A stretch of DNA of 55,205 bases, counting the filler, from Mitosporidium daphniae (taxonomy: Eukaryota): the NCBI RefSeq assembly GCF_000760515.2. It is 3 parts of 3 records of this genome, joined end to end, with 100 filler letters (N's around TTAATTAATTAA, not from the genome) between each part and the next. Parts side by side here need not be neighbours in the genome. Positions count along the whole stretch, not along the records: positions 1 to 18,479 come from NW_013546127.1; 2 more parts are not named here. One strand, 5' to 3'. The position numbers and the translations under genes are program-made. The first letter of the stretch is position 1. Every line of letters begins with the position of its first letter. Positions 1 through 12,400 of this stretch are shown piece after piece. The notes below the pieces were generated by a model that made no database searches, was not told the DNA's origin, and was given only the letters and a program-made list of their open reading frames with translations.

Positions 1-1185
1 CATTTCTAAAGCCTCGTAAACGACTCCTTGNCCAGAAAAGGCGGCGTCGCCATGGATCAAAACGCCCAAAACCTTTTCTCTGGAGGAATCACCAAGGACC
101 TTCTGGAGCGCTCTGACTTTTCCCTGAACGACAGGATTAACAGCCTCAAGATGCGATGGGTTTGCAGCAATCGAAATGTGGAACGCTTTTCCGGAGGAGG
201 AAACCCTTTCGCAATTCATGCCAAGATGATACTTTACATCACCGGAGCCTCCAGCCGAGTAGTCGTGAACTCCATTAAATTCGCAAAATAGAGAAGCGAC
301 CGATTTTTTAGCAACCCCAACAAGCACATTGAGCCTGCCTCTGTGTGGCATCCCAATGACAACATTAGTAATGCCAAGGTCAACGGAATGGTCAATCAAG
401 GCCTTTATTCCCGGAATAAAGGCCTCACACCCATCCAGTCCGAAGCGCTTTTCTCCAGGATACTTGGTGTGAAAAAACTGTTCAAAAGAATCTGCCCACA
501 AAAGCCTATTAAGTATTTTCTGGCGCTTCTCAGAAGAATAGTCGTATTTTTTGATCTTCTCAAATCTGTCTTTGATCCAATCGCAAATCGTCTTGTCAGC
601 AATGTGCATGTATTCGATTCCGATTGTTCCACAATATACCGCCTTAAGTGCATCAATGAGCTTTCGAAGCGTTGGATTTGGATCGGAAAAAAAAGAAATC
701 TCATCAGGAGGCAATTGAATTGGCCTATCCAAATCAGCCTCCGTCCAGCCATAGAAGGAGATTCCAAGCTCTGGAGAAATATTTGCTTGGTTCGGGTTCA
801 AAATGCCGAGCGGATCCAATTTGGCAAGCTCATGCCCTCGGAGCTGATATGCCCGAATAAGAGAGGCCACTTTGAGTGCCTCGGCCGTAAGGAGTGCAGA
901 GGCTGCTGAAGACGGCGATTCATCGGGTTTAGACTTTGGTTTGGCCTCGCCATAAACAGACGGACCATTTAAGCTCGTAAAGTACGATTGAAGAGATGGA
1001 TTGACAGATTGAGAATCCCGTATCCATTCCTGGTACAAATTGTCCAAATATGTAGCAGAATCGCCAGAGGCAGATAAATCTGCATCGCGTGAAAGGAATT
1101 TTTGCAAGCTGATCGACAGGAACGTCTGGCGCGACGAAACCCGAGCAAGCTTGTTGCCAAAAAGCCGAATCCCAACTGATCGCAT
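1..1185 (-). CDS. KGD1: 2-oxoglutarate dehydrogenase E1 component, mitochondrial (N-terminal part; continues off the left edge)
   Basis: Missing from the ORF track; read manually on the minus strand from ATG 1185. Contains LIRAYQLRGHELAKLDPLG, KRFGLDGCE, GMPHRGRLNVL, GSGDVKYHLG, NPSHLEAVNPVVQGK and the TPP motif LIHGDAAFSGQGVVYE. N-terminus is Arg/Ser-rich like a mitochondrial presequence. Confidence 0.97.
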   Translation of the reverse strand, partial: MRSVGIRLFGNKLARVSSRQTFLSISLQKFLSRDADLSASGDSATYLDNLYQEWIRDSQSVNPSLQSYFTSLNGPSVYGEAKPKSKPDESPSSAASALLTAEALKVASLIRAYQLRGHELAKLDPLGILNPNQANISPELGISFYGWTEADLDRPIQLPPDEISFFSDPNPTLRKLIDALKAVYCGTIGIEYMHIADKTICDWIKDRFEKIKKYDYSSEKRQKILNRLLWADSFEQFFHTKYPGEKRFGLDGCEAFIPGIKALIDHSVDLGITNVVIGMPHRGRLNVLVGVAKKSVASLFCEFNGVHDYSAGGSGDVKYHLGMNCERVSSSGKAFHISIAANPSHLEAVNPVVQGKVRALQKVLGDSSREKVLGVLIHGDAAFSXQGVVYEALEM

Positions 1186-1413
1186 GAAGTGGAAATGGAA
1201 GTGTAAATATGCTTTTTAAATTGGAAATGCATGCCGAATTGTTGCAATAAGTAGATGATTGTATTTAAAATTTACATTGGAAACAGCCCGGGGTTTTTTA
1301 ACCTTGAACGCCGTCTTATTGGTTAGTTTTGCGATTTCAAATCTTATCCAGTAGTTTTAGGATTTTGGCGAACATACGGCCCTATTTTATGATTTATTGC
1401 TGCTGTTATCTGA

Positions 1414-2588
1414 ATGTACTCAAATAAAAGAATGCTGCCCAACAATCCCACCCCCAATAGAATGCCTACATACTTGATATGCTCTCCATCTGCACCGGAC
1501 AGTGATGCTCGTGTAAACACTCGGCCTCTTTACTCTTCTTCCACAAACTCGCCCAAGGACTCGTTTCAGGAATTTTCGCCCCCATTCATACCGGAGAAAT
1601 ATTCTTTGAATTCGCCGCTTTTAGCCCATACCAATCCCCCCTTTAACATCCAAAGATACGAATCTCGATGGCCCGTCCCTATCATTTCGCTTCCAAAGCG
1701 ATTTCCATCTTTTTTGGGATCGGCAAGAAGACACATTTCCAGATGGATTCCACTTCCTGTCCTGGCTTTCTTCATTGTTTCGCTTTGTGTGTCGATTGTC
1801 GTGCTACTTAATCACATCAAATTTTTGCACCTTTTGCACTATATTTCGACCGGGCTAAATAGAAATTTTGGAAACTGGTATGATGAGTAGTCTTTCTAAT
1901 TAATTAGGAAATATGTCATCTGCGGGCTTTCTAGCTTCGTTGCATGCTTTCCCTTTGTCATAGGATATTCTACCACTGTGGTGTTTACGGGCTTTTCCCT
2001 TGGCTTTGGGAGCGGGTTTGTCACCTCATATGTGGCCAGCGTGGCAGGCAGTGTTGTGTGCTTTTATGTTTGCAGAAAATATTTCGTTCAGGTGATAAGA
2101 GAATACATCAAAAAGCATCATCTTCTAGATGCTTTGAACGGGAGTTCATTCTTGAAACAACATGAGCTTAAGGTATGATAGCTCCTTTCATTTACCATCT
2201 GTAGACGCTGTTGGTACTTCGGATTGCCCCGATTCCCTTCAACATAATCAATTTGATCTCTTCGGGACTAGATGTTTCATTCACCAGCTATTGCATCGCG
2301 ACCCTTATATCTCTTACAAAGCTATCGCTGTCATCCTACATAGGCTACTCCCTAAACAAGGCTGCTACAGAGTCCGCAATAACCAACAACATACCAAGGG
2401 AAAGCATTGTGGAATTGGCTATCTCATTTGGCCTATCGGGGATTTTTCTACTTGCATCTAGTATCTTGTATTTTCGCTTTAGAAAAGAATGGCAGCTTAA
2501 CTCCTATTATACCCGGCAGGAGGAGATATGGCCTTCTGTGTTTAATAGAGTGTCATTTAGAAATAAAGGCACCGCGCCGCTTTGCTGA
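1414..2588 (+). CDS. TVP38/TMEM64-family (VTT/SNARE-associated) membrane protein, 3 exons
   Basis: GT-AG introns at 1878-1907 and ~2173-2204 join three ORFs. Spliced product has FPFVIGYST..GFSLGFGSGF..ASVAGSVVCFYVCRKY and LRIAPIPFNIIN, typical of the family. Confidence 0.8.
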
Positions 2589-2752
2589 TACAAATTGCTT
2601 GCTTTTTCTTGCCCAGGTTATTACCTCCTCTTGTTTATCTAAAATTTTATCCCTATTTGAGCTTGTTGGCGAGAAATATCGAATTTGTAAAATCTATGCA
2701 CAAAAACTATTTCCTTTAACAACAGGAGCTATTCAGACGTTATTTATTTAAT

Positions 2753-2875
2753 CATTGCATATGTAACACCTCCATTTACTTGCTCTCTTCATTGCATTTG
2801 TAACACCTCCATTTACTTGCTCTCTTCATTGCATTTGTAACACCTCAATTTACTTGCCCTCTTCATTGTATTTGT
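2753..2875. repeat. 37-bp tandem repeat, ~3.3 copies
   Basis: Unit CATTGCATTTGTAACACCTCCATTTACTTGCTCTCTT starts at 2753, 2790, 2827 and (partial) 2864, with few substitutions and no spacers. Confidence 0.95.
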
Positions 2876-3323
2876 GATTTTGGACGGCTTTTCTTCTCAT
2901 AATCCGTTTAATAAACTGACAGAAAAGTGACCTCGTTTTTTACTTTCTTTAAGCGCTGCATGGATATGTTTATCCCCACCCGCCTCATACTAGCACTTGT
3001 GTATGTCATGTTTTCAAACTCATAACATGCATATTTTATGGCGCGACAACCTTTCTGATTTTCAAAAAGTTGAGCCTGGTCGTTTTGTGCTTGGCTCCCC
3101 ATTAATTTGCTATTTACTATTTGCTATTTGCAATACCCCTCCCTATTCAAAGTGTAATTTGGTAATTTTTTTACCGTTTACTGGCTGGAGTACTTTCTTC
3201 ATTTCAGGGATCGCCCTGAAATGGCAACTCTCTGGCCTATAATATTATCGCAAGTTTAATCGCGAGTCATGCCTCTTTTAGGTAGATTTCGTTTCATAGC
3301 TTTGCAACAAAATTTAATTCTTA

Positions 3324-3796
3324 ATGTTTTCCATAAGTTTATTAAGGAGCCTTTCCACATCCATCAAGCATAGGTTGAATGCTCGCCTTCCAGTTTCCTT
3401 TAACGAAACAGACATCAGCGAAAAGTTTATTCGAGGATGGGGGAAAGGCGGGCAGGCCGTCAACAAATCTAGCAATGCTGTCTATTTGAAGCACCATCCC
3501 ACCAATACCGAGATCAAGGTAACTGCGTTTTTGATATATAGTGTCATATGCATAGATCTCTTGAACTGAATAGAAAAGAGGCCCGGAAAATCCTGATCAG
3601 GCGGCTTGACAATGCCATTAACGGGGAAAATTCGTTGGAATCAATAGAGGGCGTTAAAATCAAAGAAAGGAAAAGGCAAGCGGCAAAGAAACGTCGTCAG
3701 AAGGTAAAGTCCCGGTTTGAAGCAGAGGATCTTGCAACTGGACATCGGGAAGGCGCAGCAATCACCACCGATTTTGATGATAATAAAGGCTCGTAA
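3324..3796 (+). CDS. Mitochondrial RF-1 domain peptidyl-tRNA hydrolase / ribosome rescue factor (C12orf65/MTRFR-like)
   Basis: EKFIRGWGKGGQAVNK (GGQ motif). A 23-nt intron at 3519-3541 gives IKCHMHRSLELNRKEARKIL, followed by a basic tail. Confidence 0.88.
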
Positions 3797-3879
3797 TTAT
3801 TGATCGGTTTATTGGTTTACAATAATGGTGATCCAGTTAACATGACCAAAGAAAGGTAGCAATGATCAATCTGAAACGT

Positions 3880-6800
3880 CTAGGGTGGTGAAGCAGCAGG
3901 TGTGGTGGGATAACTAGGAAGTCCATCTGTTGGATGTTGGTCGCGATTGTCGGGAATCCCAATATCCAATCCAATATTTTGTGTCAATGGCTTAGTCATT
4001 CTTTGGGGTTGAATGATTCCGTGCTGTTGGACTGATGATGGCATCGATTGGGCGTTTATGCCTTTTTGCACGGCCAAATTTGAGGGAGTGGGAACGGAAG
4101 ATCCCTGTTGACGCGAAACACTAATCATGGGCTGGGAAGGTAGCTGTGACAGTACTTGAGTAGCTGGATAAACTGGCGTTCCCATGCGCAGTCCAAGCAT
4201 CGCTTGATTGTTATTTAGAGGTAGACTAGATCCGATACTAATGGATCCACTTATGGGAGATAATCTCGCAGTGCTTGAGATAATAGGCGAATTTGCGGGG
4301 TGTTGGAGGGGCAGGCCCGATTGGCGCGAAGCTTGCCCGGCAGCGTTATGTAATGGCGGCTGTGGATATATTGGAGCTGATGAGGGTGCCAGTAGAGGCT
4401 GGGTAGTGGGTCCTTGATTAGACTGAATCTGTGGCGAAGATGCTTGTTGAAGTTGTGGGAATGACGCCATCTGAGGAACATTATTCAGATGGGTTGTTTG
4501 GGGCGGCGGCAATGGCATAGAGCTTGAAAGCGGCTGCATTTGGGAATTCAAAGGAATTGGGGTAAAGTTTGAAGGACCTGCGGATTGGGCTTGGGCTTGA
4601 GGTTGGGCTTGAGGTTGGGCTTGAGGTTGAGGTTGAGGTTGAAGTTGAGGTTGGGGTTGGGGTTGGGGTTGGGGTTGAGATTGGGAATGATAATATTGTC
4701 CCAATGAAGGCTGATAGGTGGAAATTTGTGGTTGCAACATTTGAGTTCCTTGGGTATAAACATGGGAAGGTTGCTGAAAAGATGTCTGAGTCTGTTGGGT
4801 TGCAGATTGGGGAATTGACGAAAATTGTACTGGTTGGAGCATTTGGGAGTTCCAATTAGGCTGCCCCCCTATCGGCAGCATGCCAAGCGTTGGGTTCCAA
4901 GGCATACTTCCTGTGGATGGCACCGGTAACACTGATGACTGAAGAGGCATTTGCTGTGAGCGTTGGGACATTTGTATGTTGGAAATGGGTATCATTCTAT
5001 TTGGAATTGGGGATACCGTTCTTTGGTTATGAGTTGCGTAAGCACCAACTCTTTGAAAAGGCTGAACCAGCGTCGTAGAGCCCTGGGTCGGTGATGGGGC
5101 CTGCTCAGGATATACCCTAGAATGAGTGGTTTGTTAAAAAGGTAGGGACGCTCGAAAATATAAAAGGGACCATAATATTACGGGCACAGGTAGAAATTAA
5201 TAAATCAAATACGGTCTAATTACCCTTTTCTAGCAGAAGTTCCAGGAGGAACCATTCCAGGAAATCCGCCCCCAATGGGACTGATAATAACTGGACCTAT
5301 ATTTGGCTGGCTCTGGAAGTGGTATACTCGATGCAACCGTTTAAGTGCCAAGTCGGATGCAGAACAAGTGCTACTAACCAAGTGCTTTGGAATCCCCGAA
5401 GTTGCCTTTTTTACTGCAGATTCATGTGATGGATGAGCAGATATAGCGCTAACATACAAATTGTATGGAAGATGAGACTTGAATGTTGGAGAGGCTGTGT
5501 GAGTGCCACCTGAAAGAGAGCTAAAGGTTGAGAGCTTAGATAATCTTCTTTCCGATGTCAGGTTTACTTGTCGCTTATGGTCCTTGGTTAAAATGGACCC
5601 ACCACGAGTGTGGATTTTCTTTTTAATAAGCCCAAAGATAAACAACCGTTTTTCCCATTGCTTAAGCTTCCATGATGGCGGGAGATTTGTGTTATTGTCT
5701 ATGTTTTGAGGCTTGTGCGAGTTGATGGCCTTTTGATATATTCGCAACAAAAAGGATTTGGAACAGCTATGCGACTTTTCCTCAATGGGAGACAAATTGC
5801 GTTGAGCACTCTTTCCGTCAAGCTTAACCAAGTAATAGAAGCGCTGCAAAACGCTAAAAGGTGTGCGAACAAATGAATTGTGATGACACGTAGCATTAAG
5901 AAGCTCAGACACCAAGTTACAAGGAGGCATAAGCTCATGCTGGATTATAATTGGAAAATTTTTTGGACTGGCCGTTTGTTGATGGAGGGCAGAATTTAAA
6001 TGGCAGTTGAAATTAAACTGCAAGCAGGCTTCAAGGATCAGCTGATCCTCCAACAGAGACCAGGGCGGAATAACCGGGTGTGGAGACGTAGATCTTGAAG
6101 AGGATATCGAATTCTCAAGATGATGCAAAAGAAACCCGTTTAAAGTTGTCAATGAATCGCTTATAGAGTTTGGGGGTGCCGAAGAGTATGAAAATGGACC
6201 CTCTAACAGCGTCAGAGAGTGTCCTTCATATTTGAGGGCATTTGACTTGTCAGGATATGTTTGCGGTAGATCAGTTGAAATATCCATTGAAGTCCGAGGA
6301 TCTCCAGAGATGCATGGCAGATTTAAATCCTTCCTATCCGGCGGACCGAAAACAGGAACATCATTTAAAAAGGCTTGTTGGCAAAAAGATCCAATCTCCT
6401 CGACCTGGGTCAATGGAGGACTGGTTTTCGACAATACAAATTTGGCTGCATCTGCTGCCAACAAAAAAGCCAAGCGTATTTTTAGGCGTCTTTCCTCATA
6501 AAAATCCAAGGCCATCCACGAGATTTCATCGAAGAGAAAATCTCGATTTGTCCTCTTATTAACCCTGCCATGGACCCTAAGCGGCAGACAATATACGCTG
6601 TCGTCGGAAACTGGATTATGAAGCAAGGATTGGCGCTCCTTAATAATTTTATAGAAACTTTGTAGCTTTTTCAGCATTTCCGCCTCATTATGCGCATCCT
6701 AGATAAATAAAAAAGACAAAATCTTACCTTCCAATCTTCGCATTCAACAACTTTGCTTGAGATGGAAAGTTTGAGCAAGGTGTTTGAAGGAAGGGTTTCG

Positions 6801-7420
6801 AAAATAAGCATCCAATGCAAAAGTTCGTAATCCGAGTACTTTGAACTGCAAGAGTGGACGGTTTTAATGTCTTCAAGGCTTTTAACTGATGATGTCTGGT
6901 TTTCCAGAATCGACTTGAGCGAGTAGAACAGCGGCTTAGGTCTAAAGTTAACGCAATTTTAACATACTCGTTCGAAGTTGGAAAGTTGGGATTCCATTCC
7001 AATATTTTTTCCTTTAAATAACAAAAGAAAGCCGAGCTTTGTGGCTCAGCATTCGTTTCAGAAGCATCTAATGGCAAAGGTGAGGGGAATGTAGGAGTGG
7101 GTGAGGGCACTTGATCCAGTAGGAAATATTCCCAAACTGCAGAAAGAGCCTCTGAGTTTACTTGCTGCATAACCCCCATCCCCTTGTCCAAGACGTCTTT
7201 CTGCAAATTAAAACAATGTGCAGCCTCAAGTTGCTCTTTCTCTATCATATCGAATTTTTCAATCCAAGAAATAGGGTTTGGATTTTTAAAATCAAAATAT
7301 TTTTATTTTTCAATGAATCGATGGATTTCAGACCAAAATTGCCTTTCTCATCTTTATGTATCGACATGAACATACTTTCTCGCAAAGCAAGTATGAAATT
7401 TGGCTGTTCACTGATGTCAT
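3880..7420 (-). CDS. EAF1: NuA4 scaffold Eaf1-like protein (HSA, Myb/SANT, Q/P-rich C-terminus), multi-exon; 5' end uncertain
   Basis: HSA-like DFLFDEISWMALDFYEERRLKIRLA and Myb-like PWSLLEDQLIL...LVSELLN...RTPFSVLQRF. GT-AG introns link ORFs 6724-7248, 5220-6677 and 3880-4995, including a 107-nt intron at 5117-5223. Confidence 0.8.
4585..4686. repeat. Coding hexamer repeat (TTGRGN)n encoding (QP/QA)n in EAF1
   Basis: About 17 hexamer units in frame with QPQPQPQAQPQAQ on the minus strand. Confidence 0.9.
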
Positions 7421-7934
7421 TTCATAGAAACAGGTGCTTTATTATATGCTGAAAATTCGCAGATAGTCATCATTAAAGCCTATCTTTTATTTTGGAAGTA
7501 TCCCACAATTAAAAGTAAATTTTTATATTTTAAAATCAAGGGTTTCAACCCGCATATTACATTGGCTGATAACAGTACGGTCGGATTCTTTCCTTTTGAA
7601 TCCGCCCTTGATTCCACAGCCATGGATTAAATGGATTATTAAGAGCATAACGTTCATTACATGAGTAATTGTGTGTCAGACTAATCCGATATTTCATGAG
7701 TATACCGTATGATTAATGTTGATTTAAAGTAATGTACCTCGCATCGATTGCATCCAAGGGCACCGATGTTAAAAAAGTCCGATGGATGGTCTTGCATAAT
7801 GCGTATGCAGTGACACTTTAGGTGCAACATGGGTGCAGCAACGTTCAATATATACGCTATATCCAAAAAGTCGCTGCATATGATTGTTGTTAATGTTGAC
7901 TAAGATTGCTTTATTTAATGCTCGCTATAAATAA

Positions 7935-9347
7935 TTATTCCCTTTCATTGTAATCGGGTGGATTGCAAAAATAGGGCAGTTCCCCGCGGATCCAGTCATT
8001 GAGGATCATCTTTGCAGCGGTACTGACGTCAGGCTCTCCGCCTTTTAAAAGTTTTCCTCGGCTTTTGGCCACTTGCGAGATGAATTCCAGACAGGTTGCT
8101 CCTTCGACAATCGAGGGATAAACTTTCCGCAGGTGTTCAAATCGAACCCGTTTAAGGATATCATCAACATGGTCTTCTGGCGTTGCTATATTCTCCACTC
8201 TAATAGCACCTTTCAAGACGAGTTCTGTGGGCGAATCGTGAATAGAATGCGGGACAATGCCGGGACAATCGATCAAATATATCCTCTTCATGAGCGATAC
8301 ATATTGCCATACTTTTGTTTGGCCTGGAATGGGTGCCACTGTGCATACACGTTTTGACTTCAAAGAGTTTATGACGGAAGATTTCCCGGTATTGGGAAAG
8401 CCAATAAAACCGACACTAATTTGCTTACGCTCCGGGTGTAGCTTGGAAAATTGCCGAAGAAGCGAAATCAAGGAGCCCTTTCCATATGGATTTTTTAGCG
8501 AGGCTTTATAAGCAAGCGTTGGCCGCTTTTTGGAGAGATATGAGATCCAGTTCTTTGTGACAGCCGGGGGGACCAAGTCACATTTGTTCAACAAATAAAT
8601 AAGATGCTTATGTTTTGCCTCGGCATTAAGAAACGTCTCAACAGAGGCACATAAAGTTCCGAGCGGGTCACGGGCATCCAAAACATGGATCAAGACATCT
8701 GAGGAATCAATGACCTTGTATAGCTCATTCCAAATCCTCTTCGATTGGCCCTTTTTAAAAATCGGCTCATCCAAGACATCTGTGCCGCCGGCAAGATCAT
8801 TTTCATCAATTTCCTCGTCTGCTCCACGTGGAGTCTGGTTTTGTTCCTCCGAAACTTTGGCCTCTTCTTCTGCCTTTGCTACAAGCTCTTCCAGTGAAGA
8901 TGCAATAATTTTGGGCCGTTTTCTCGAGCCAGATTTGCTAAACGTTGCAGAAAACGACTCAACTTGGAGGAGATTCGAGGATGTCGATCTCTTGACGTCT
9001 TGAAGAAGACTCATTGGAAGCTTGTTTTGGCGCAGCAGAACTTGATACGGATCAGCTGTGCGGTTTTCCATTTCTTGTCTAAACTTTTCAATATTTTCAA
9101 CGGACATGGTTCGCGTGTTTCCGAACCATTTTCTGTTGGGCTCGATTCTTACCACCGGCGAATCTGCAATCTTTTTGGCAAACGGGGCATCTCTAATTAT
9201 ATCGCCCTTTTTATTTCTTATAGGCTTTCCACCTTTAAGTAGCTTCTTTCTTGCTAGCTTGGTTTTGTCTGTGTAAAAATTCTCCCCTGAAGCAAACTTT
9301 TTTGACGGAAGAGGGGCCTTGGTGTTTTTGTGCGAGCTCTTGGCCAT
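7935..9347 (-). CDS. NOG2: Nucleolar GTPase Nog2/GNL2
   Basis: RIEPNRKWFGNTR (NGP1NT), KGQSKRIWNELYKVIDSSDV, LNKCDL, GFPNTGKSS, DCPG in circularly permuted order. Confidence 0.97.
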   Translation of the reverse strand: MAKSSHKNTKAPLPSKKFASGENFYTDKTKLARKKLLKGGKPIRNKKGDIIRDAPFAKKIADSPVVRIEPNRKWFGNTRTMSVENIEKFRQEMENRTADPYQVLLRQNKLPMSLLQDVKRSTSSNLLQVESFSATFSKSGSRKRPKIIASSLEELVAKAEEEAKVSEEQNQTPRGADEEIDENDLAGGTDVLDEPIFKKGQSKRIWNELYKVIDSSDVLIHVLDARDPLGTLCASVETFLNAEAKHKHLIYLLNKCDLVPPAVTKNWISYLSKKRPTLAYKASLKNPYGKGSLISLLRQFSKLHPERKQISVGFIGFPNTGKSSVINSLKSKRVCTVAPIPGQTKVWQYVSLMKRIYLIDCPGIVPHSIHDSPTELVLKGAIRVENIATPEDHVDDILKRVRFEHLRKVYPSIVEGATCLEFISQVAKSRGKLLKGGEPDVSTAAKMILNDWIRGELPYFCNPPDYNERE

Positions 9348-9461
9348 TTTTATTTAAAAAAATTATTTACAATTTTAGTATAAATTTTATTTATTTATGT
9401 AACAGGTTCTAACAGAATCAACGTGGCTTTTGGTCTCCAAATATTGTAGCTGCCATGCATA

Positions 9462-12400
9462 TTAGGTCGTTGGCGTTGTAAGGTTGAATGGATCAACATA
9501 TTTTTTCCTTTGAGAACCAGCTTTCCTAACAACGGAGCTGCCAGTGATGGCCATGGACGTTTGAAGCTCGCTGCTGCTGACATCAAAATTGGCAATAGTG
9601 CTATGCATCCCATATTGTCCCTGATCCTGAGGCATGGTTTGTATGGTATCCATAGGTGCTTGCATAGAACTATTTGTAATAACTGGAGCTGAAATGGTTG
9701 AAGAACTCGTTAAAGAGGCGTTTAAGGAAAGTGGCGATGAACGTTCTGGCTGGGGCTTCAAAGCCAACTTTGATTGTGTAAAGGGGGTTGTTATGTCTTT
9801 TTGCTCAACTTGTTGAGGCTCGTTAGCAACATGCGATGCATGCTGTTGGGAAAGGTTCACAGAAGCTGCAGATGGGGGCGGTTTTATCTTTTTGGGCTCT
9901 GGGCGAGGATGCTTTGGGTTAATCCATTGACCAAGCTCCTTGTCAAAGACAAGTTGATTTGCCGAGCCAAGATCTGCCCGCACCTTACGGGACCCACCTC
10001 GCTCCCCCAGGGAAGTAGATGAAAAGAAGCTTTTAATGGACTCAAGCAGAGAAGAATTCGATTGAAACGTATTTTTGGTAATCTCAAAAGTTGGATCTTC
10101 CCCATCGAGGCTTTGGCTTTCATTTTCCTCTACTGGTCTCGCTGACACACCATTTTCTGCGGATGGACTTTGTCTGCCTTCAGAAGTTTCAACCTGCATC
10201 TTTTCAAACGCAACTTTCGGTTCACCTCCAAAAAGGTGCATGTGATCTTTTCCAAATAATGGTTCAGAAGCAGCCGTAGGCTCCGGTGCTATCCTAAACT
10301 TATTTTCTGTGGCAAGTTCTGAAGCTACAGAAGCACCTTCGTTACTGGCTAAAGTTAGGCCATCCAAACAAGTGGGTGGACCATTTCTGTAATTTTCCAA
10401 AATTGGGGGAGGAATGAACGAGTTGGTCGCCGGAAATCGGGGAGGTTGGGTCATCGGGATCATTGCTGGAATTATTGGTTGAACCAATGATTTTTCGTCC
10501 ATTGCAGGGACAAGAGGTGTCACACCAGGCCCAATTATTGAGGCGCCAGGGAGATGATCTGTAGCGGTCCTCTTGTAGGGTGCTTCTTCGTTTGCACATG
10601 ATGGGTTGGTTGGAACGCCTTCTTTCCCAAAGCGATAAGTATATTTTGAGGTGAATTCTGACCATTTGGAGGCAATGATATTCCTCTTTTTTTCAAGCGT
10701 TTCTTTCAAAGTTATTTTAAAGGGGCTCAGAGCAGCCTGAAGGAATACACACGCCGCATACGAACGCAGCCATTGAAGATGAAGCGAAACATTCGAGTTG
10801 ATTACGCTGTCGTGGAATAGGACGATAGGAATTGTGTTTTTTGGAGGAGATTCTTCTGCCCAAATTGCCAGTGTAAATGATAGTTGACTCGCCCAAGCAA
10901 GTTTGACCTCTAGAAAGGTCTTTGCTAGCATCAAATAAAGAGAGGGGTTTCCATTTGGAGGGCGAATTTGCAGCGCATGTAAAAGCAAATATGGCCATCT
11001 TTGGACAAGGTAGCCCGGGTCTCGGAGCGTTGCTCTCTTTAGCCATTGCACACCCAAATTACATTGATCGTAAATAAGATATGCCCTAAATACGAGCTCA
11101 AGGAAAGGAGCACGTGCCGATTTATGGTATTTTGAATCACCCTCAATTCCGATTCCAGGGTCCACTATCCAATCATCGACTTCAAGGCTTGGAAACTGCT
11201 CCTTGATAAGTGAACCGATTTGTGAAATAAAAGACGAAGATCTAGCTGCGGAAGACGAAGAGCCAAACAACACAAGAAGGACCGGTCTATCCAGGCAGTA
11301 CCTCAAAAGCTCTATCTGATCATCAACCAACGGTTCTTCGCCAGAGTCCCCATTTTCTTGCTTCTCAAATAGTAAAAGTCGATTAAGGGTCTCCAATTCG
11401 GTCACACTGCCGCCATTTTCGCAATCGATTGCTTGCATAATGCCGTTGCGCAGTTGATCGGCAAGATGTCTAATCAACGGGGGAAGAGGTGAATCTTTCG
11501 AGCGATTGGAATCTGTATCTTCTTGCGGTTGCTTTTGCAGGTTTAAAAGAGATTGGAGAAATGCGCAAAATAAACGACGCTCAAAATGGAACAACGTGTT
11601 GTCTGTTTTAAATTGACTTTCCATAAAAAAGCATAGAGAATCTGAAAGCTTAGTCAATTGAATTTCCGAGTCTGACAGAAGAATCTCTTCACATAAGAGC
11701 TCATTTTCGGAGGGATCTGGATGTGTGGCGCACAATAAAAATCCTTGAGTTGAAAAGTAATTTTTCTCCCAATTTGGGTCCTTTTTTAGGCAAAGACGAC
11801 TAAATGCGTGTGTAGAGCCTGCCCTGTAAAGAATTGCTTTGAAAAACACATTTGCAGAAAGGTCTTTGACAACTCTTATTTGTGGATATGGAAACGAAAC
11901 AGCACCCACTGCCTTCCCATCCTGCGACCAAGAAAAAGAGATGCATGGGTGGACTCGTGAAACGTCAATAAGTCCTTGTGACTCTGAGCCAGAATCTGAG
12001 GCGTAAGAAAGAGTGTCATTTTCAAGTCTATAGTCATCTTCGCCATTTGAAGCAACCTCACAAGAAGAGACATCGTCACAGGATGAAGTATCGATAGATT
12101 TAAATGAATCATCGAAAAAAATCTGCTCCCTTACAGAAGATAATGGATCTTGGTCGCCAACTTGGGGAGGGTAAGCATTTCCATGCGATAAACCATGACC
12201 AGCCTCTTTTTCAAGAACCACAGACGCATCCACATCAGGAGTGTTGGATGGTGTGTCTGAAACCCCTTGGTTTCCATCCAAAAATCGCGATAGCCAATCT
12301 CCATTTGATGATTCTGATATCAAGAAGTCAAGTGGAACACCGGTGCTTGAGTGGTCGTTTGGATCGGTTGGTATAAGTTTTGCATCATTTTGAGAAGAGT

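Noticed and set aside
28..909. Plus-strand ORFs 28-291 and 343-909
   Set aside because: They are antisense shadows of the OGDH gene on the minus strand.
2753..2875. 37-bp repeats as a CRISPR array
   Set aside because: Units are head-to-tail with no spacers, no cas genes are present, and the context is eukaryotic.
4585..4686. TTGGGG runs as interstitial telomere; PT/PN/VE-repeat ORFs
   Set aside because: Explained by the in-frame QP/QA repeat of EAF1; the other frames are by-products.
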